A stretch of 64,000 nucleotides of DNA from Armatimonadota bacterium. GTDB lineage: Bacteria; Armatimonadota; UBA5829; DTLH01. Below the pieces are notes generated by a model. It was not told the origin of the DNA, searched no databases, and saw nothing but the letters and a program-made list of their open reading frames with translations. This document shows, one piece after another, positions 47,738-56,989 of this stretch. Both the position numbers and the translations under genes were made by a program. The stretch covers positions 43,148 through 107,147 of the forward strand of contig JBBRAE010000009.1 in NCBI GenBank assembly GCA_038207085.1, written 5' to 3'. Numbering within the stretch: the first letter of the stretch is position 1; each line of letters opens with the position of its first letter.

Positions 47738-50700
47738 GTGATATCAAGGATTTTCAAGCTGACTTTGTCAGCCGCAGTGGGGCTTTCGCTGCTGACTGCA
47801 ACGGGGGCTTTCGCCGCAGACCGGCACTGGGTCGCAAAAGAGGCCGGGAAATGGTCAGAACCAGCCAACTGGACCGGAGGAGTGCCCGGGCCCAAAGACA
47901 CCGCCGTGTTTGACGCAGGCGGCGCGGGCAACGCGACCGTCGACGCGGCATCTTCCGGGGCTGTCGGAAGCGTAAGCGTCCTTGCCGGCTACAAAGGGAC
48001 AATCACCCAGGAGCGCGGCCTCTCCGTCAATGGCAATATGAAACTTGCGGGCGGCTCAGCTACGGGTTGGACGTTTGCCGAAGACAAGCCCGCCGGGCTT
48101 GCCGTAAAGGGGAACCTTTCTATCGCTCTTGGCAGATCTATCACCTGCACCCGCTCCTCTACCAACAGTTTTGGCGCTGGCCGGCTGATCACCGTGGGCG
48201 GCAACCTGACCGTCGACGGCGCGATCACAGCCGACGGCAAGGGCTTTATGCGCGGTCCCGGCACTCCGGTCCTCCCGGTTGTGGCGGAGACCAAGGATCC
48301 TTCTGGCGTGCAGGACAGATACGTGTCTGGTGCGGACATTGAGCAGTACAAAAACGCCGCTCCGATCTCCCCTGCGGGCCCGGGCCACGGTGGCCGCGGG
48401 GCAGGCATCCACCACAACCCCAACGGCCAGTACACCGTGCAGCCTCACTCCTACTATTGGACAGAACCCCTCGGCTCAGGCACCTGGAAGTTCCCGGGTG
48501 GCGACACCTACGGCTCTGTTACCGCTCCGACAAGCCTCGGAAGCGGGACCGACGCCGACACCAGCTTCGACCCGAGGAACTCCTATCCATTTGACGCTGA
48601 GAACACCTTTTGGACCCACAAGGGCGCGTTCGGCGGCGGGGCGATCAAGCTCGTAGTCGGCGGTGTGACCACAGTAACCGGGCGCATCAGCGCAAACGGC
48701 GCGCCTTCAGGTGAAACTGGCGCAAGCGGCGGCTCGGTATACATTATTACCGGAAAGCTCGCGGGCGACGGCCTAGTCCGCGCCAACGGAAGCGACGGCC
48801 CCGGCCAGGGGCACGGACGGGGCGCAGGCGGCGGCGGACGCGTCGCAGTGGTGCTGAAGAACGCATCGAGCGTATTGGGCGTCATCCTGCAGGCCTACGG
48901 CGGCGAGGGCAGATGGTCCCCGGCCGCCGCAGCAGGCACGATCTACCTCGAAGGCCCGAAAGACAAGGGGCACGGCACGCTCGTCGTCGACAACCGCAAC
49001 AGCCTGGTGCGCAGTATGTTCGACATTTGCACCTCGCTTTCCGACAAAGAAAAAGCAAGCTACACTTTTAAAAGCGTCGAGCTCAAAAACCACGCAGTCT
49101 TATACGTCGGCAAGGACGACTCGCTCACCTCATCATCCGTATCGAGCCGCAACGCAAACTTGCTTGTAGAAGGCAAGCTCGCAAGCCCGAAACTAGTCGG
49201 GCTTAAGTCAAAGCAGCTTGTCAAACCCCAGGACGAGATCACTCGCACGTCCGGCGCGGCTGTGACTGAGCTTACCTTTGGCTCGGCCTACACGATGAAG
49301 CAGGAGCTCCTCAACCGAAGCTTTCAGATGTCGCTTTACCCCTACAAGGGCAAGATCGACGTTGCGGGCGACCTCAGCACCTACGCTTACCAAAACGAAG
49401 TCGCGGGCGTCAAGACCGCCGACGTTGCGCTCGTTGCAAAGTCCGGTGAAGTCGTCTCAACCGGCAGGCTCGTCTTCAACGACAAACGCTTCGGCGAGAC
49501 CTCGCTTGATGCGAACATGAAAGAGGGCGCTTACCAGATCAAGATCACCCTGGACAACGGCCTCACCATGCGTCCGCTCGTCTTTGACCGCAAGGTCTTC
49601 CCGTGGGAGCGCAACACGCTTGGCCTGACGGATAAGATCTACCCGCCGTTTGCCCCGATTACGGTATCCGGGCGCGACATCAACCTTTGCGCCGACCGGG
49701 TCTACACGATGAACGGCTTTGGCCTGTTCGACAAGATCGTAAGCCAGGGGAAAGTCATCTCAAGCGGGCCTGCCGTGGTCAAACTTGTGACCGCAAGCGG
49801 TGAAAAGAGCTGGAAGCTCACCCAGGGCAGCTTCACAAGCGTCAAGCCTAATGTCGTCGAGTATGTCGCACAGGCCGACGGAGGAGCTGCAAAGCTCTCA
49901 ACCAAGTCGACAACCGAGTTCGACGGCTGCGCCAAGGTCGAGATGGACATCACCCCCGGCACGACAGGTGAAACTATCGAGTCGATGTACATTGAGATCC
50001 CTTTGAAGGACTCCGAAACGCCACTCATGCACGCCTGCCAGCCTCAGGCTATGAGATTCAACTATGCCGGCAAGACCCCCCGCGGAGGACAAATCGCCTG
50101 GGAGGACGGCGTCTGCCCGTGGAACGACCGTCGCCCACCGCTTTGGAGCGTCAAACCCGGCACCGAAGGGCAGAACGACGGCGTCATCTGGGACTCGCGC
50201 AACATCCGAAACGTAGCATTCTGGACCGCGATCCCCTGGATACCATACTTCTGGGTAGGCGGCGGCGAGCGCGGACTCTCCTACTTTGCCGACAGCTCAA
50301 GCGGCTGCGTTCTCGACCCCGAAAAGCCGAGTCAGCAGATCGTCCGGCAGGGCGACCAACTGATTCTGCGCATTTATCTCGTCAACAAACCAAGCGTCGT
50401 CACAAGCGCGCGCCGTGTCGTCTTCGGCCTGCAGGCAAGCCCCGCCAAGCCGATGATGCCGGACTGGAGGCAGGTCGACCGCTTCGCCATCTGGGGCTAC
50501 ATGACCCCGGCGATGGGCATGTTCTGCTGCACCAAGTACCCGGTAGACCGGGATATGTCCTTGGTCGACAAACTCATCCAGAACGGCCGCGACACCAAGG
50601 CAGGCAAAGAGGTCAACTCGCAGTTTATCTACGACAAGGTGGACACGCTTACGGCCAGGGGATGGAATGAGAGCATGACCCCCGACGCCTACATCCGCCG

Positions 50701-51802
50701 CTGGGCGCAAGACCCCTGGAACCAGGCATGGAAGAACGGGCCGATGAAGAGCGTCTACTTTGAGGAGCACTGGACCGATCCCGGTCACTCAGACGTAGAC
50801 ATGTTCGGTAACGAGTGGGCCGCGCGCAGGTATCTGGGCTACTGGCCGATCCGCGACAAGGACCGCGTCGTCTACGACTCTCCCTACGCCGTGGAAATGG
50901 GCCTGACAGGCAAGTTCATAAACGGCGTCTACCCCGAGAGCCTGGTCGACTACTCGGTTTACTACGGCAACGAGTATCTGAAGCGCGGGATAGGGCTCTA
51001 CTTCGACAACACCTACCCGCACATCAGCATGAACCCGAGCGTCTCCGACGCCTACATAACCGACGAGGGCAAGATTCAGCCCGCCGATAACATCTGGAAC
51101 CAGCGCGATTACTACAAGCGCATCTGGAACCTGATCAACTACTACAACGAGCGTGGGATGAACCCGCCGGTGTGGTTCAGTCAGCACATGACCAACACGA
51201 TGATCATCCCCTGGACCGAGTGGACGACGTGTAATCTCGATAACGAGAACACCTGGACAGATGTCGCCCGCGGCATACGTCCGGCGATGTTCCCCTGGGA
51301 CTATGCGCTCACCGAGACCGCAGGCCGCCAGGCCGGGACCCCCTGCCACAGCCACTACGCGATGGCGGGCAAGGACGGAACGCCACTCCGCGAGTGGGGA
51401 ATTCGCATGGTCCATGAGATCACCAACCGGGAGAACACTGAATACGAGAAGATGATTCGGGAGTTCGGCTACGGCCGGGACGGCGTTCAGGTGATCAACT
51501 ACTGGTCGGGCGACCTGTCGGTTAAGGTCTCAAACGAGGACGTGAAGTGGCTTGCGGTGGTTCGTAAGAGTGACCCGACGACTATGCTCGTCCTTCAAAG
51601 CTGGTCATTTGACCCAACCACCACCAAGATCAGCCTGCCCGGCTGCCGCGTGTGGAAAAATGCCCTGACCGGCGAGACGATCCACGCAAATTACTATGGG
51701 GCAGCCGAGGTAAGCTTCAAGGATAGCTACGGCACGCTGATACTCGTAGGCGCGGAGACCTCCTACGACCTCGCAGACTGGAAAACCCCTCTGGCCAAGT
51801 AG
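47738..51802 (+). CDS. large secreted protein: Gly-rich beta-solenoid-like N-terminus plus putative glycoside-hydrolase (DUF6067-like) region
   Basis: Signal peptide; GGGAIKL/GASGGSV/GGGGRVAV repeats; FPWE.NTLG, WVGGGERGL, QASPAKP, GLYFDNT, HMTN; divergent from LacI. Confidence 0.7.
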   Translation: MISRIFKLTLSAAVGLSLLTATGAFAADRHWVAKEAGKWSEPANWTGGVPGPKDTAVFDAGGAGNATVDAASSGAVGSVSVLAGYKGTITQERGLSVNGNMKLAGGSATGWTFAEDKPAGLAVKGNLSIALGRSITCTRSSTNSFGAGRLITVGGNLTVDGAITADGKGFMRGPGTPVLPVVAETKDPSGVQDRYVSGADIEQYKNAAPISPAGPGHGGRGAGIHHNPNGQYTVQPHSYYWTEPLGSGTWKFPGGDTYGSVTAPTSLGSGTDADTSFDPRNSYPFDAENTFWTHKGAFGGGAIKLVVGGVTTVTGRISANGAPSGETGASGGSVYIITGKLAGDGLVRANGSDGPGQGHGRGAGGGGRVAVVLKNASSVLGVILQAYGGEGRWSPAAAAGTIYLEGPKDKGHGTLVVDNRNSLVRSMFDICTSLSDKEKASYTFKSVELKNHAVLYVGKDDSLTSSSVSSRNANLLVEGKLASPKLVGLKSKQLVKPQDEITRTSGAAVTELTFGSAYTMKQELLNRSFQMSLYPYKGKIDVAGDLSTYAYQNEVAGVKTADVALVAKSGEVVSTGRLVFNDKRFGETSLDANMKEGAYQIKITLDNGLTMRPLVFDRKVFPWERNTLGLTDKIYPPFAPITVSGRDINLCADRVYTMNGFGLFDKIVSQGKVISSGPAVVKLVTASGEKSWKLTQGSFTSVKPNVVEYVAQADGGAAKLSTKSTTEFDGCAKVEMDITPGTTGETIESMYIEIPLKDSETPLMHACQPQAMRFNYAGKTPRGGQIAWEDGVCPWNDRRPPLWSVKPGTEGQNDGVIWDSRNIRNVAFWTAIPWIPYFWVGGGERGLSYFADSSSGCVLDPEKPSQQIVRQGDQLILRIYLVNKPSVVTSARRVVFGLQASPAKPMMPDWRQVDRFAIWGYMTPAMGMFCCTKYPVDRDMSLVDKLIQNGRDTKAGKEVNSQFIYDKVDTLTARGWNESMTPDAYIRRWAQDPWNQAWKNGPMKSVYFEEHWTDPGHSDVDMFGNEWAARRYLGYWPIRDKDRVVYDSPYAVEMGLTGKFINGVYPESLVDYSVYYGNEYLKRGIGLYFDNTYPHISMNPSVSDAYITDEGKIQPADNIWNQRDYYKRIWNLINYYNERGMNPPVWFSQHMTNTMIIPWTEWTTCNLDNENTWTDVARGIRPAMFPWDYALTETAGRQAGTPCHSHYAMAGKDGTPLREWGIRMVHEITNRENTEYEKMIREFGYGRDGVQVINYWSGDLSVKVSNEDVKWLAVVRKSDPTTMLVLQSWSFDPTTTKISLPGCRVWKNALTGETIHANYYGAAEVSFKDSYGTLILVGAETSYDLADWKTPLAK

Positions 51803-51857
51803 AGCTTGGGGTTCTAGCGATTGGGGGCCGGCAAGCGTCGGCCCCCATACAACAAGT

Positions 51858-52745
51858 CTACTGGTTACTTGCCTCTGCCTGCATTTCCTTCGCGATCTCC
51901 TGCATCTCTTCATTGAGCTGCTTCATTTGCTCCGGTGACATCGACTTCATCGACTCCTGCTGCTGGGTCATCTGTTGTTTGAGAAGCTTCTTTCGGGATT
52001 CCGGGGGGAGGTTCATCATCGCCGTCACTGCGCGTTTGCTGACGTCTGAGAGATACTGCGGGTCAAGCTCTGTCATTGAGCTCATCATCTCCTGCATAAG
52101 CTCAGGGCTGACCTGGCTTGACATTGCCATACCCTCCTTGAGCGCCGCCATGCGCTCCTCCGGGGTCATTTCGATGAACGTGTTCATCATCTTCTTCTGC
52201 TCATCGATATAGCCCGCGACTTTCTTCTTGGACGCGTCGGCGAGATCTTTTTTGTAGGCCTTGGCGTCATCGGTCACCAGGTACACGGCGACCATTCCCG
52301 CCGAGGCCGGAACGGTCTTCGTAAGCTCGTTTGCGGCCGTCGCTTTCTGCACATGCATAAACGACCCGCCCGAGCCCTCTTGGCCTATGATGATATCTGG
52401 AAATCGAAGCGCGAGCACCGTTCTCATCTGAGCCGCGAGCGCGTCGGCGTCTTTGGCGAGAGACGACCCCTGAAGCACATAGATTCTCCTCCACTGCAGC
52501 CTTGAGGCCTTTGTGATAGCGTCGATCGCGTCCTCTGCTGTGAGTTCCTTCACATTGGCGGTCACAGTCCCGCCGACAAGCTTTTCGACGAGCACCGTCT
52601 CCCCGCTTGTCTCAGCGATCTGTTTCAGCACCTCAACCACGGGCTTGTTGGCGGCGTCAAGGGTAACGGTCTTTGTTTCAGTCGGCACGGCAAACGCGCT
52701 CATGCTTACAAGTAGCAGTGGCAGTGTGACAAGTGGCAATCTCAT
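51858..52745 (-). CDS. exported protein with an N-terminal STN/secretin-N0-like domain and a Met/Gln-rich helical C-terminus
   Basis: VTLDAANKPVVEVLKQIAETSG..GTVTANVKELTAEDAIDAI; MTPEER/MSPEQ repeats. Confidence 0.7.
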   Translation of the reverse strand: MRLPLVTLPLLLVSMSAFAVPTETKTVTLDAANKPVVEVLKQIAETSGETVLVEKLVGGTVTANVKELTAEDAIDAITKASRLQWRRIYVLQGSSLAKDADALAAQMRTVLALRFPDIIIGQEGSGGSFMHVQKATAANELTKTVPASAGMVAVYLVTDDAKAYKKDLADASKKKVAGYIDEQKKMMNTFIEMTPEERMAALKEGMAMSSQVSPELMQEMMSSMTELDPQYLSDVSKRAVTAMMNLPPESRKKLLKQQMTQQQESMKSMSPEQMKQLNEEMQEIAKEMQAEASNQ

Positions 52746-52828
52746 GTTTATCCCTCATTCTTCTGAATCAACGTTCAGCGTCTGGCTTTTAGATCAAAGG
52801 GGTGCATGTAAAGATTGTCGGCTTTATG

Positions 52829-52941
52829 TGGAGTGCGGCGAGCAATCGCCGCTTTGCTCTTGGGCGACAGCAAGGCGCGCAAGCGCCAAATAATCGGCAG
52901 TCGGAAGATTTGTGAAAGCGGCTCTCGCAAGCCGCACTCCA
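52829..52941. repeat. palindromic repeat family C (TGGAGTGCGGC ends)
   Basis: TGGAGTGCGGC...GCCGCACTCCA; partial inverted copy at 57796-57863. Confidence 0.7.
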
Positions 52942-53131
52942 AAGCTAGCTCGATTGCTTCCGATAGTCTCTACACTTACCCAAATCAGAGTTCCATATTG
53001 CACAGCCCTATTCCTGCGTGCCGCCATAAGCAGGGTGACTTGTGGGAGGCACGTCTTTTGAGCCGAACTCCTGACGTTCTGATGGCGTCCCGCCATTCAC
53101 TCAAATGCCCCTAAAGTTCACGATGTCAACA

Positions 53132-53160
53132 TTGACCTCGCTCGCTCGCCCGACTATAAT
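53132..53160 (+). promoter_or_regulatory. sigma70 promoter
   Basis: TTGACC-N17-TATAAT, ~215 nt before the start codon. Confidence 0.7.
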
Positions 53161-53259
53161 ACTACTATGCCGATCGGCTTAGTTTAGTATATCGAGATCC
53201 AGCACCCGTGAAAATTACAGGTATTTTGTAATCAAGATCAGCATGTTTCGTGGAATAGA

Positions 53260-53352
53260 GCCTACGGGAGCCAAAAGTCAGCGGGCAAAGGACTTCGGCG
53301 CCCAAACACTGGGCAAAAAGTCGACCGAATGAGTCGACTATGTCCCGTAGGC
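53260..53352 (+). ncRNA. candidate cis-regulatory structured leader RNA (four-way junction)
   Basis: Perfect 10-bp P1 GCCTACGGGA/TCCCGTAGGC enclosing three hairpins; ends 9 nt before AGGAGG. Confidence 0.55.
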
Positions 53353-53373
53353 AACTGGCATAGGAGGATACAA

Positions 53374-54084
53374 TTGAACAATCGTAAGTTTTTCGCACTG
53401 GCAGCCGCTTCGGCGCTGCTCGCAGGCGCGCCTGTCTTTGGCGCACTGAACCTTGAGGGTCAGTCGGGCGTTTTCCTGAACTCGCTCGCGTACACTCTCC
53501 CGGCAAACCAGATGGAAGTCGCAAGCCACTACGTCAACCTGGACGTCTTGGGCGATGTTGCGACCTACAACTTCTCACTTGGCGTCAAAGACAACCTGGA
53601 ATTCGGCTTCACCCAGATCACAAGCGACGTCGGTTCGGTTGCTGACCAGAGCGTGCTTCTGGCAAAGTACAACGTCGCCAAGGAGTCCAAAAAGTCCCCC
53701 GCGGTGTCCCTTTGGACCATCCGCAGGGAGCTTGAGGGCGGTTCCTCTGCCCTGGACCTCGGAGTCATCGCCACCAAGGTCTACACAGTCGGCAAGCGCC
53801 CGCTGATCGTCGACATCGGCGTTCGCTCCACCAAGGCCCTTGGGCTTGGCCTCTTCGGTATCGGCGATGACCGCGAGCTCAAATGGGAAGGCGCCGTTGG
53901 CTATATGGTCACCCCCAAGCTCTGCATTGCGACCGAGCAGAAGCAGCAGATCGATGGTGAGACCTGGAAGGACATCGCCGTACGCTATCATGCGAGCAAG
54001 CACCTGAACATCGACGCTGGAGTTGCCGACCTCGGCCCCGGCATCGACAACCAGGTCGCATTCGCCCTTACCTGGAAGAAGTAA
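53374..54084 (+). CDS. outer-membrane beta-barrel-like protein (DUF3034-like)
   Basis: Signal peptide, NLEGQSG, alternating beta strands, TEQKQQ, AGVADLG; AGGAGG RBS, TTG start. Confidence 0.65.
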   Translation: MNNRKFFALAAASALLAGAPVFGALNLEGQSGVFLNSLAYTLPANQMEVASHYVNLDVLGDVATYNFSLGVKDNLEFGFTQITSDVGSVADQSVLLAKYNVAKESKKSPAVSLWTIRRELEGGSSALDLGVIATKVYTVGKRPLIVDIGVRSTKALGLGLFGIGDDRELKWEGAVGYMVTPKLCIATEQKQQIDGETWKDIAVRYHASKHLNIDAGVADLGPGIDNQVAFALTWKK

Positions 54085-54090
54085 ACAGCA

Positions 54091-54693
54091 TTATCGGGGC
54101 GAGGCGACCGCTTCGCCCCTTGATTTTATCAGTCCCTTAACCCGGTTCAAGTTGTTCGTAACCGCCGGGTCGTCCGGTTCCCGCTTCAGCATCACTTCCC
54201 ATGTCTCAAGCGACTTCTCAAGATTCCCCGAGCGTTCATAGGCGTGGGCAAGCGAGTGCCAGATGAGGTCCGGGCAATCGATCTGCTTAACCGCCGACGC
54301 GAAGTACCCAACAGCCGTAGCGTAATCTTTGTCGAAGAAATACATGCGCCCAAGCTCCGTGTAGAGCCTGTAGCGGGTGGGGTTTCGCGCAAGTCCAAGC
54401 TTCAGGTAGTCTGTCGCCTCAGACTTTCGCCCTTTGCTGTCCATAAGCCAGGCGGCAAGCGAGTAGGCTTCAACGTCGAAGGGGTCATTTTCAGCAACGA
54501 GCTTTAGCGTGGCGATCGCCCGTTCGTAGTTTCCCCTGTGGAAGAAGACGTCCGTCTTCTCCCAGAGTATCTCGTCCATCCTCCCAAGCGTCTCCGTGAT
54601 CAGGTCATAGGACTTGGCAGGCACGTCGCGCACGGTGTCTGCAACGACGGGGGAACCCAAAAGAACCAGCGCTATCAGAACAATCGGTTTCAT
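54091..54693 (-). CDS. exported TPR protein
   Basis: Signal peptide, FHRGNYERAI, TPR helices. Confidence 0.8.
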   Translation of the reverse strand: MKPIVLIALVLLGSPVVADTVRDVPAKSYDLITETLGRMDEILWEKTDVFFHRGNYERAIATLKLVAENDPFDVEAYSLAAWLMDSKGRKSEATDYLKLGLARNPTRYRLYTELGRMYFFDKDYATAVGYFASAVKQIDCPDLIWHSLAHAYERSGNLEKSLETWEVMLKREPDDPAVTNNLNRVKGLIKSRGEAVASPR

Positions 54694-54719
54694 CGACAAC
54701 CCCCTTTTCCTGGTCGAGG

Positions 54720-55694
54720 CTACCCTTCCAGCATCTCCAAAAAGCTCTCGATCCTAACCCTGGTACGTGCGTCAAGCGGCCCCGGGCTCTCCCCTTCAAG
54801 CGTCAGAATAGGAATATGTATGTCCTTGCGCACGATCAGGTCCTGAATCTGCCTGAAGCAGAAGCTCTGTGTATAGTGAACGAGCCCGCGGATATTTCGC
54901 CGCTCGATCTCGCGCTTGATGTCGGCGATCCGCCCAAAAATATCATAGGGATATGTGTAAAGTGCGTACTGCTCGACGATGTCGCCCGTGTCAAAGGGCA
55001 TCGCAAACTGTCGCTGTACCTCGTTTAGGACGATTTGTGCTCCCCGCTCACTAAGCACCTCGTAAAAGTCCGAAAAGATCGGCGGAATGCCAATATACCC
55101 GAGCCTGATCCCGCCCGCCTTCGGTGCCCGTTCCCTCGCCTCGGCAAGAAACGCGTCAAGCTCCCGCTCAAATCGCAGGGGATCTCCCCAGAAGTCGCTA
55201 GCCGATATCTGCCAGGTGTGGTTTTCCCGTGCTGTAACCAAGCCGTCGCGCCAGGTAAGCAGATCCAGCTCTCGCAGCTTGAGGCGTATCGCGTCGAGCT
55301 GGGCTTTCCAGTCCATCACGTCCGCCCAATTTGCCCCAAGCCGCGCGGCAAGTTTTTCTATCTGAAGCCGCAGCATGTCCCGGTCCCGCCCGTATGGAAA
55401 CGCAAACGGGATCACTTCAAGCCCGTGCATCTCGAACGTCTCCATCATCGCCTGTGTCTGGCTGCAGTCACCCTCCACCGCCGCGATCACCCGCCCGATG
55501 CCCGAGGATATAGCAGTCGAGTAGATCCCCTTTATCCAGCTGCAGACGTTTCTGGGGTAGCCGTCGTGCTCAGCCTGGCGGACAAGTTCCTGTGGGTCTG
55601 GGGAGGCGACAAAGACGTTGTTCAGGTCGACGGGCGTGTGTCCCGCCGCAAACACGGCCTCAACGGGGATTGTGGTGGTGATTCCGACTTCCAC
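54720..55694 (-). CDS. 2-hydroxyacyl-CoA dehydratase / benzoyl-CoA reductase (HgdB/FldC-type) family Fe-S protein
   Basis: TTIPVE.VFAAG..P, NVCSWIK, GDCSQT, QSFCFR, IPILTLEGE, RTRVRIESFLEML. Confidence 0.85.
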   Translation of the reverse strand: MEVGITTTIPVEAVFAAGHTPVDLNNVFVASPDPQELVRQAEHDGYPRNVCSWIKGIYSTAISSGIGRVIAAVEGDCSQTQAMMETFEMHGLEVIPFAFPYGRDRDMLRLQIEKLAARLGANWADVMDWKAQLDAIRLKLRELDLLTWRDGLVTARENHTWQISASDFWGDPLRFERELDAFLAEARERAPKAGGIRLGYIGIPPIFSDFYEVLSERGAQIVLNEVQRQFAMPFDTGDIVEQYALYTYPYDIFGRIADIKREIERRNIRGLVHYTQSFCFRQIQDLIVRKDIHIPILTLEGESPGPLDARTRVRIESFLEMLEG

Positions 55695-55696
55695 GG

Positions 55697-56449
55697 CTAT
55701 CTGATGCCAAGCAGCTTGTGCATCTGTGGGATGATCCGAACCTCGTCGACGTACTCGGTGGCGATCCTGTGCAGCTGCAGAAGTCTGATAAGTGTCGGAG
55801 GCTCGCGCCCGTCGTCGGGGTTCGGAGTGATCGGTTGGATAATAATCGGCGCGGTCTTCCCCGAGCCCGCGATGATCTGCGCGCTCCTTCTGATCTCCTC
55901 ATCGGTCACGTCCGAGGTCACGATCAGCTTGACGAACACCTTGGCGCGCTGGGTCGACTTCAGAAACGTTTCGTGCACCTCGAAAAAGTCGTCGTAGGCG
56001 GTGGAGGAGGGCAGTTTGAAGTCCATTGCGACCACATCTAGCTGTCCGGCGAGCCTTGTGATCGCCTCTGGTAGCGTCCCGTTGGTCTCAAGATGCACCC
56101 TGTAGCCTTTGCTTCTTAGCGCGGGCAGGAGTTTTACGAGGAAATCGATCTGCAGCAGCGGTTCTCCTCCGGTGATCGAGATATCGCCGTGCTTGGCAAG
56201 GGGCGCGATCGCTTCGACCACATCGGGCACTTCAAGCGGGTTCTGCATAAAGGCGAAGTCGCCGTGTCCCGCTGTCTTTTCGACCGAGCAGAACGACCTG
56301 TGCGCCTCGCGAGAGGCTCCGGTGTCGCAATAGTCGCAATCGAGGTTGCACCCCGCGAAGCGAACGAACGCGTGCGGCTTGCCTACGTAGATACCTTCGC
56401 CCTGTATCGATGCAAAAATTTCGGTTATGTTTGCGGTCACTGAAGACAT
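55697..56449 (-). CDS. queE: 7-carboxy-7-deazaguanine synthase (radical SAM)
   Basis: EIFASIQGEG, FVRFAGCNLDCDYCDT, TGGEPLLQ, ETNGT, IPQMHK. Confidence 0.92.
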   Translation of the reverse strand: MSSVTANITEIFASIQGEGIYVGKPHAFVRFAGCNLDCDYCDTGASREAHRSFCSVEKTAGHGDFAFMQNPLEVPDVVEAIAPLAKHGDISITGGEPLLQIDFLVKLLPALRSKGYRVHLETNGTLPEAITRLAGQLDVVAMDFKLPSSTAYDDFFEVHETFLKSTQRAKVFVKLIVTSDVTDEEIRRSAQIIAGSGKTAPIIIQPITPNPDDGREPPTLIRLLQLHRIATEYVDEVRIIPQMHKLLGIR

Positions 56450-56491
56450 TGTTTTCCCTTTTTACTACAAATCAACAGCGCTGCGTTTCTT

Positions 56492-56854
56492 CTAATCTTC
56501 CCAATAGCTCGCTGCCGAGCCTTCTGTTTCCCAAACCGTCACTTTTTCAAGCGGACCTGTGTACTTTTCCGCCAGCTTGCCGTATATATATCTAGCAATG
56601 TTCTCTGCGGATGGGTTAATATCGACGAATTCGGGTAGTTCATTCATATAGGTGTGGTCGAGATATTTCAGTATATCACGCAGATCATTGCGGACGTTAC
56701 GAAAATCGATCGCCACTCCAATGGAGTCGAGGATTTCCGTTTGCAAAAGCGCCTGAACGCGGTACGTATGACCGTGCAGCCGCTCGCAGTTTCCAGGGTA
56801 ACCGCGGAGGCAGTGTGCGGAGTCAAATTTCTCTTCAATTAGTATTTCAAACAT
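56492..56854 (-). CDS. queD: 6-carboxytetrahydropterin synthase
   Basis: FDSAHCL, CERLHGHTY, LDHTYMN, NPSAENIA, VWET. Confidence 0.93.
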   Translation of the reverse strand: MFEILIEEKFDSAHCLRGYPGNCERLHGHTYRVQALLQTEILDSIGVAIDFRNVRNDLRDILKYLDHTYMNELPEFVDINPSAENIARYIYGKLAEKYTGPLEKVTVWETEGSAASYWED

Positions 56855-56901
56855 ATATAGACCACCGACAAGTCAAACATATCGCTCGCCCAGACTGTGT
56901 C

Positions 56902-56931
56902 ATTATACCGGTGCGAGGCTGCAGGCGTCAA
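56902..56931 (-). promoter_or_regulatory. sigma70 promoter for the queD operon
   Basis: Minus strand TTGACG-N18-TATAAT. Confidence 0.65.
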
Positions 56932-56989
56932 GCGACGAGCGTGCCTAAAGACTTAGGTCTCACTCTCCGATAATGGGGTGTAGGCAATT

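Noticed and set aside
53260..53352. tRNA or tRNA-Sec interpretation of the cloverleaf
   Set aside because: No TTC loop, a 5-nt middle loop, no CCA end and wrong arm sizes.
56855..56900. preQ1 riboswitch before queD
   Set aside because: The leader is short and lacks the stem-loop plus A-rich tail.
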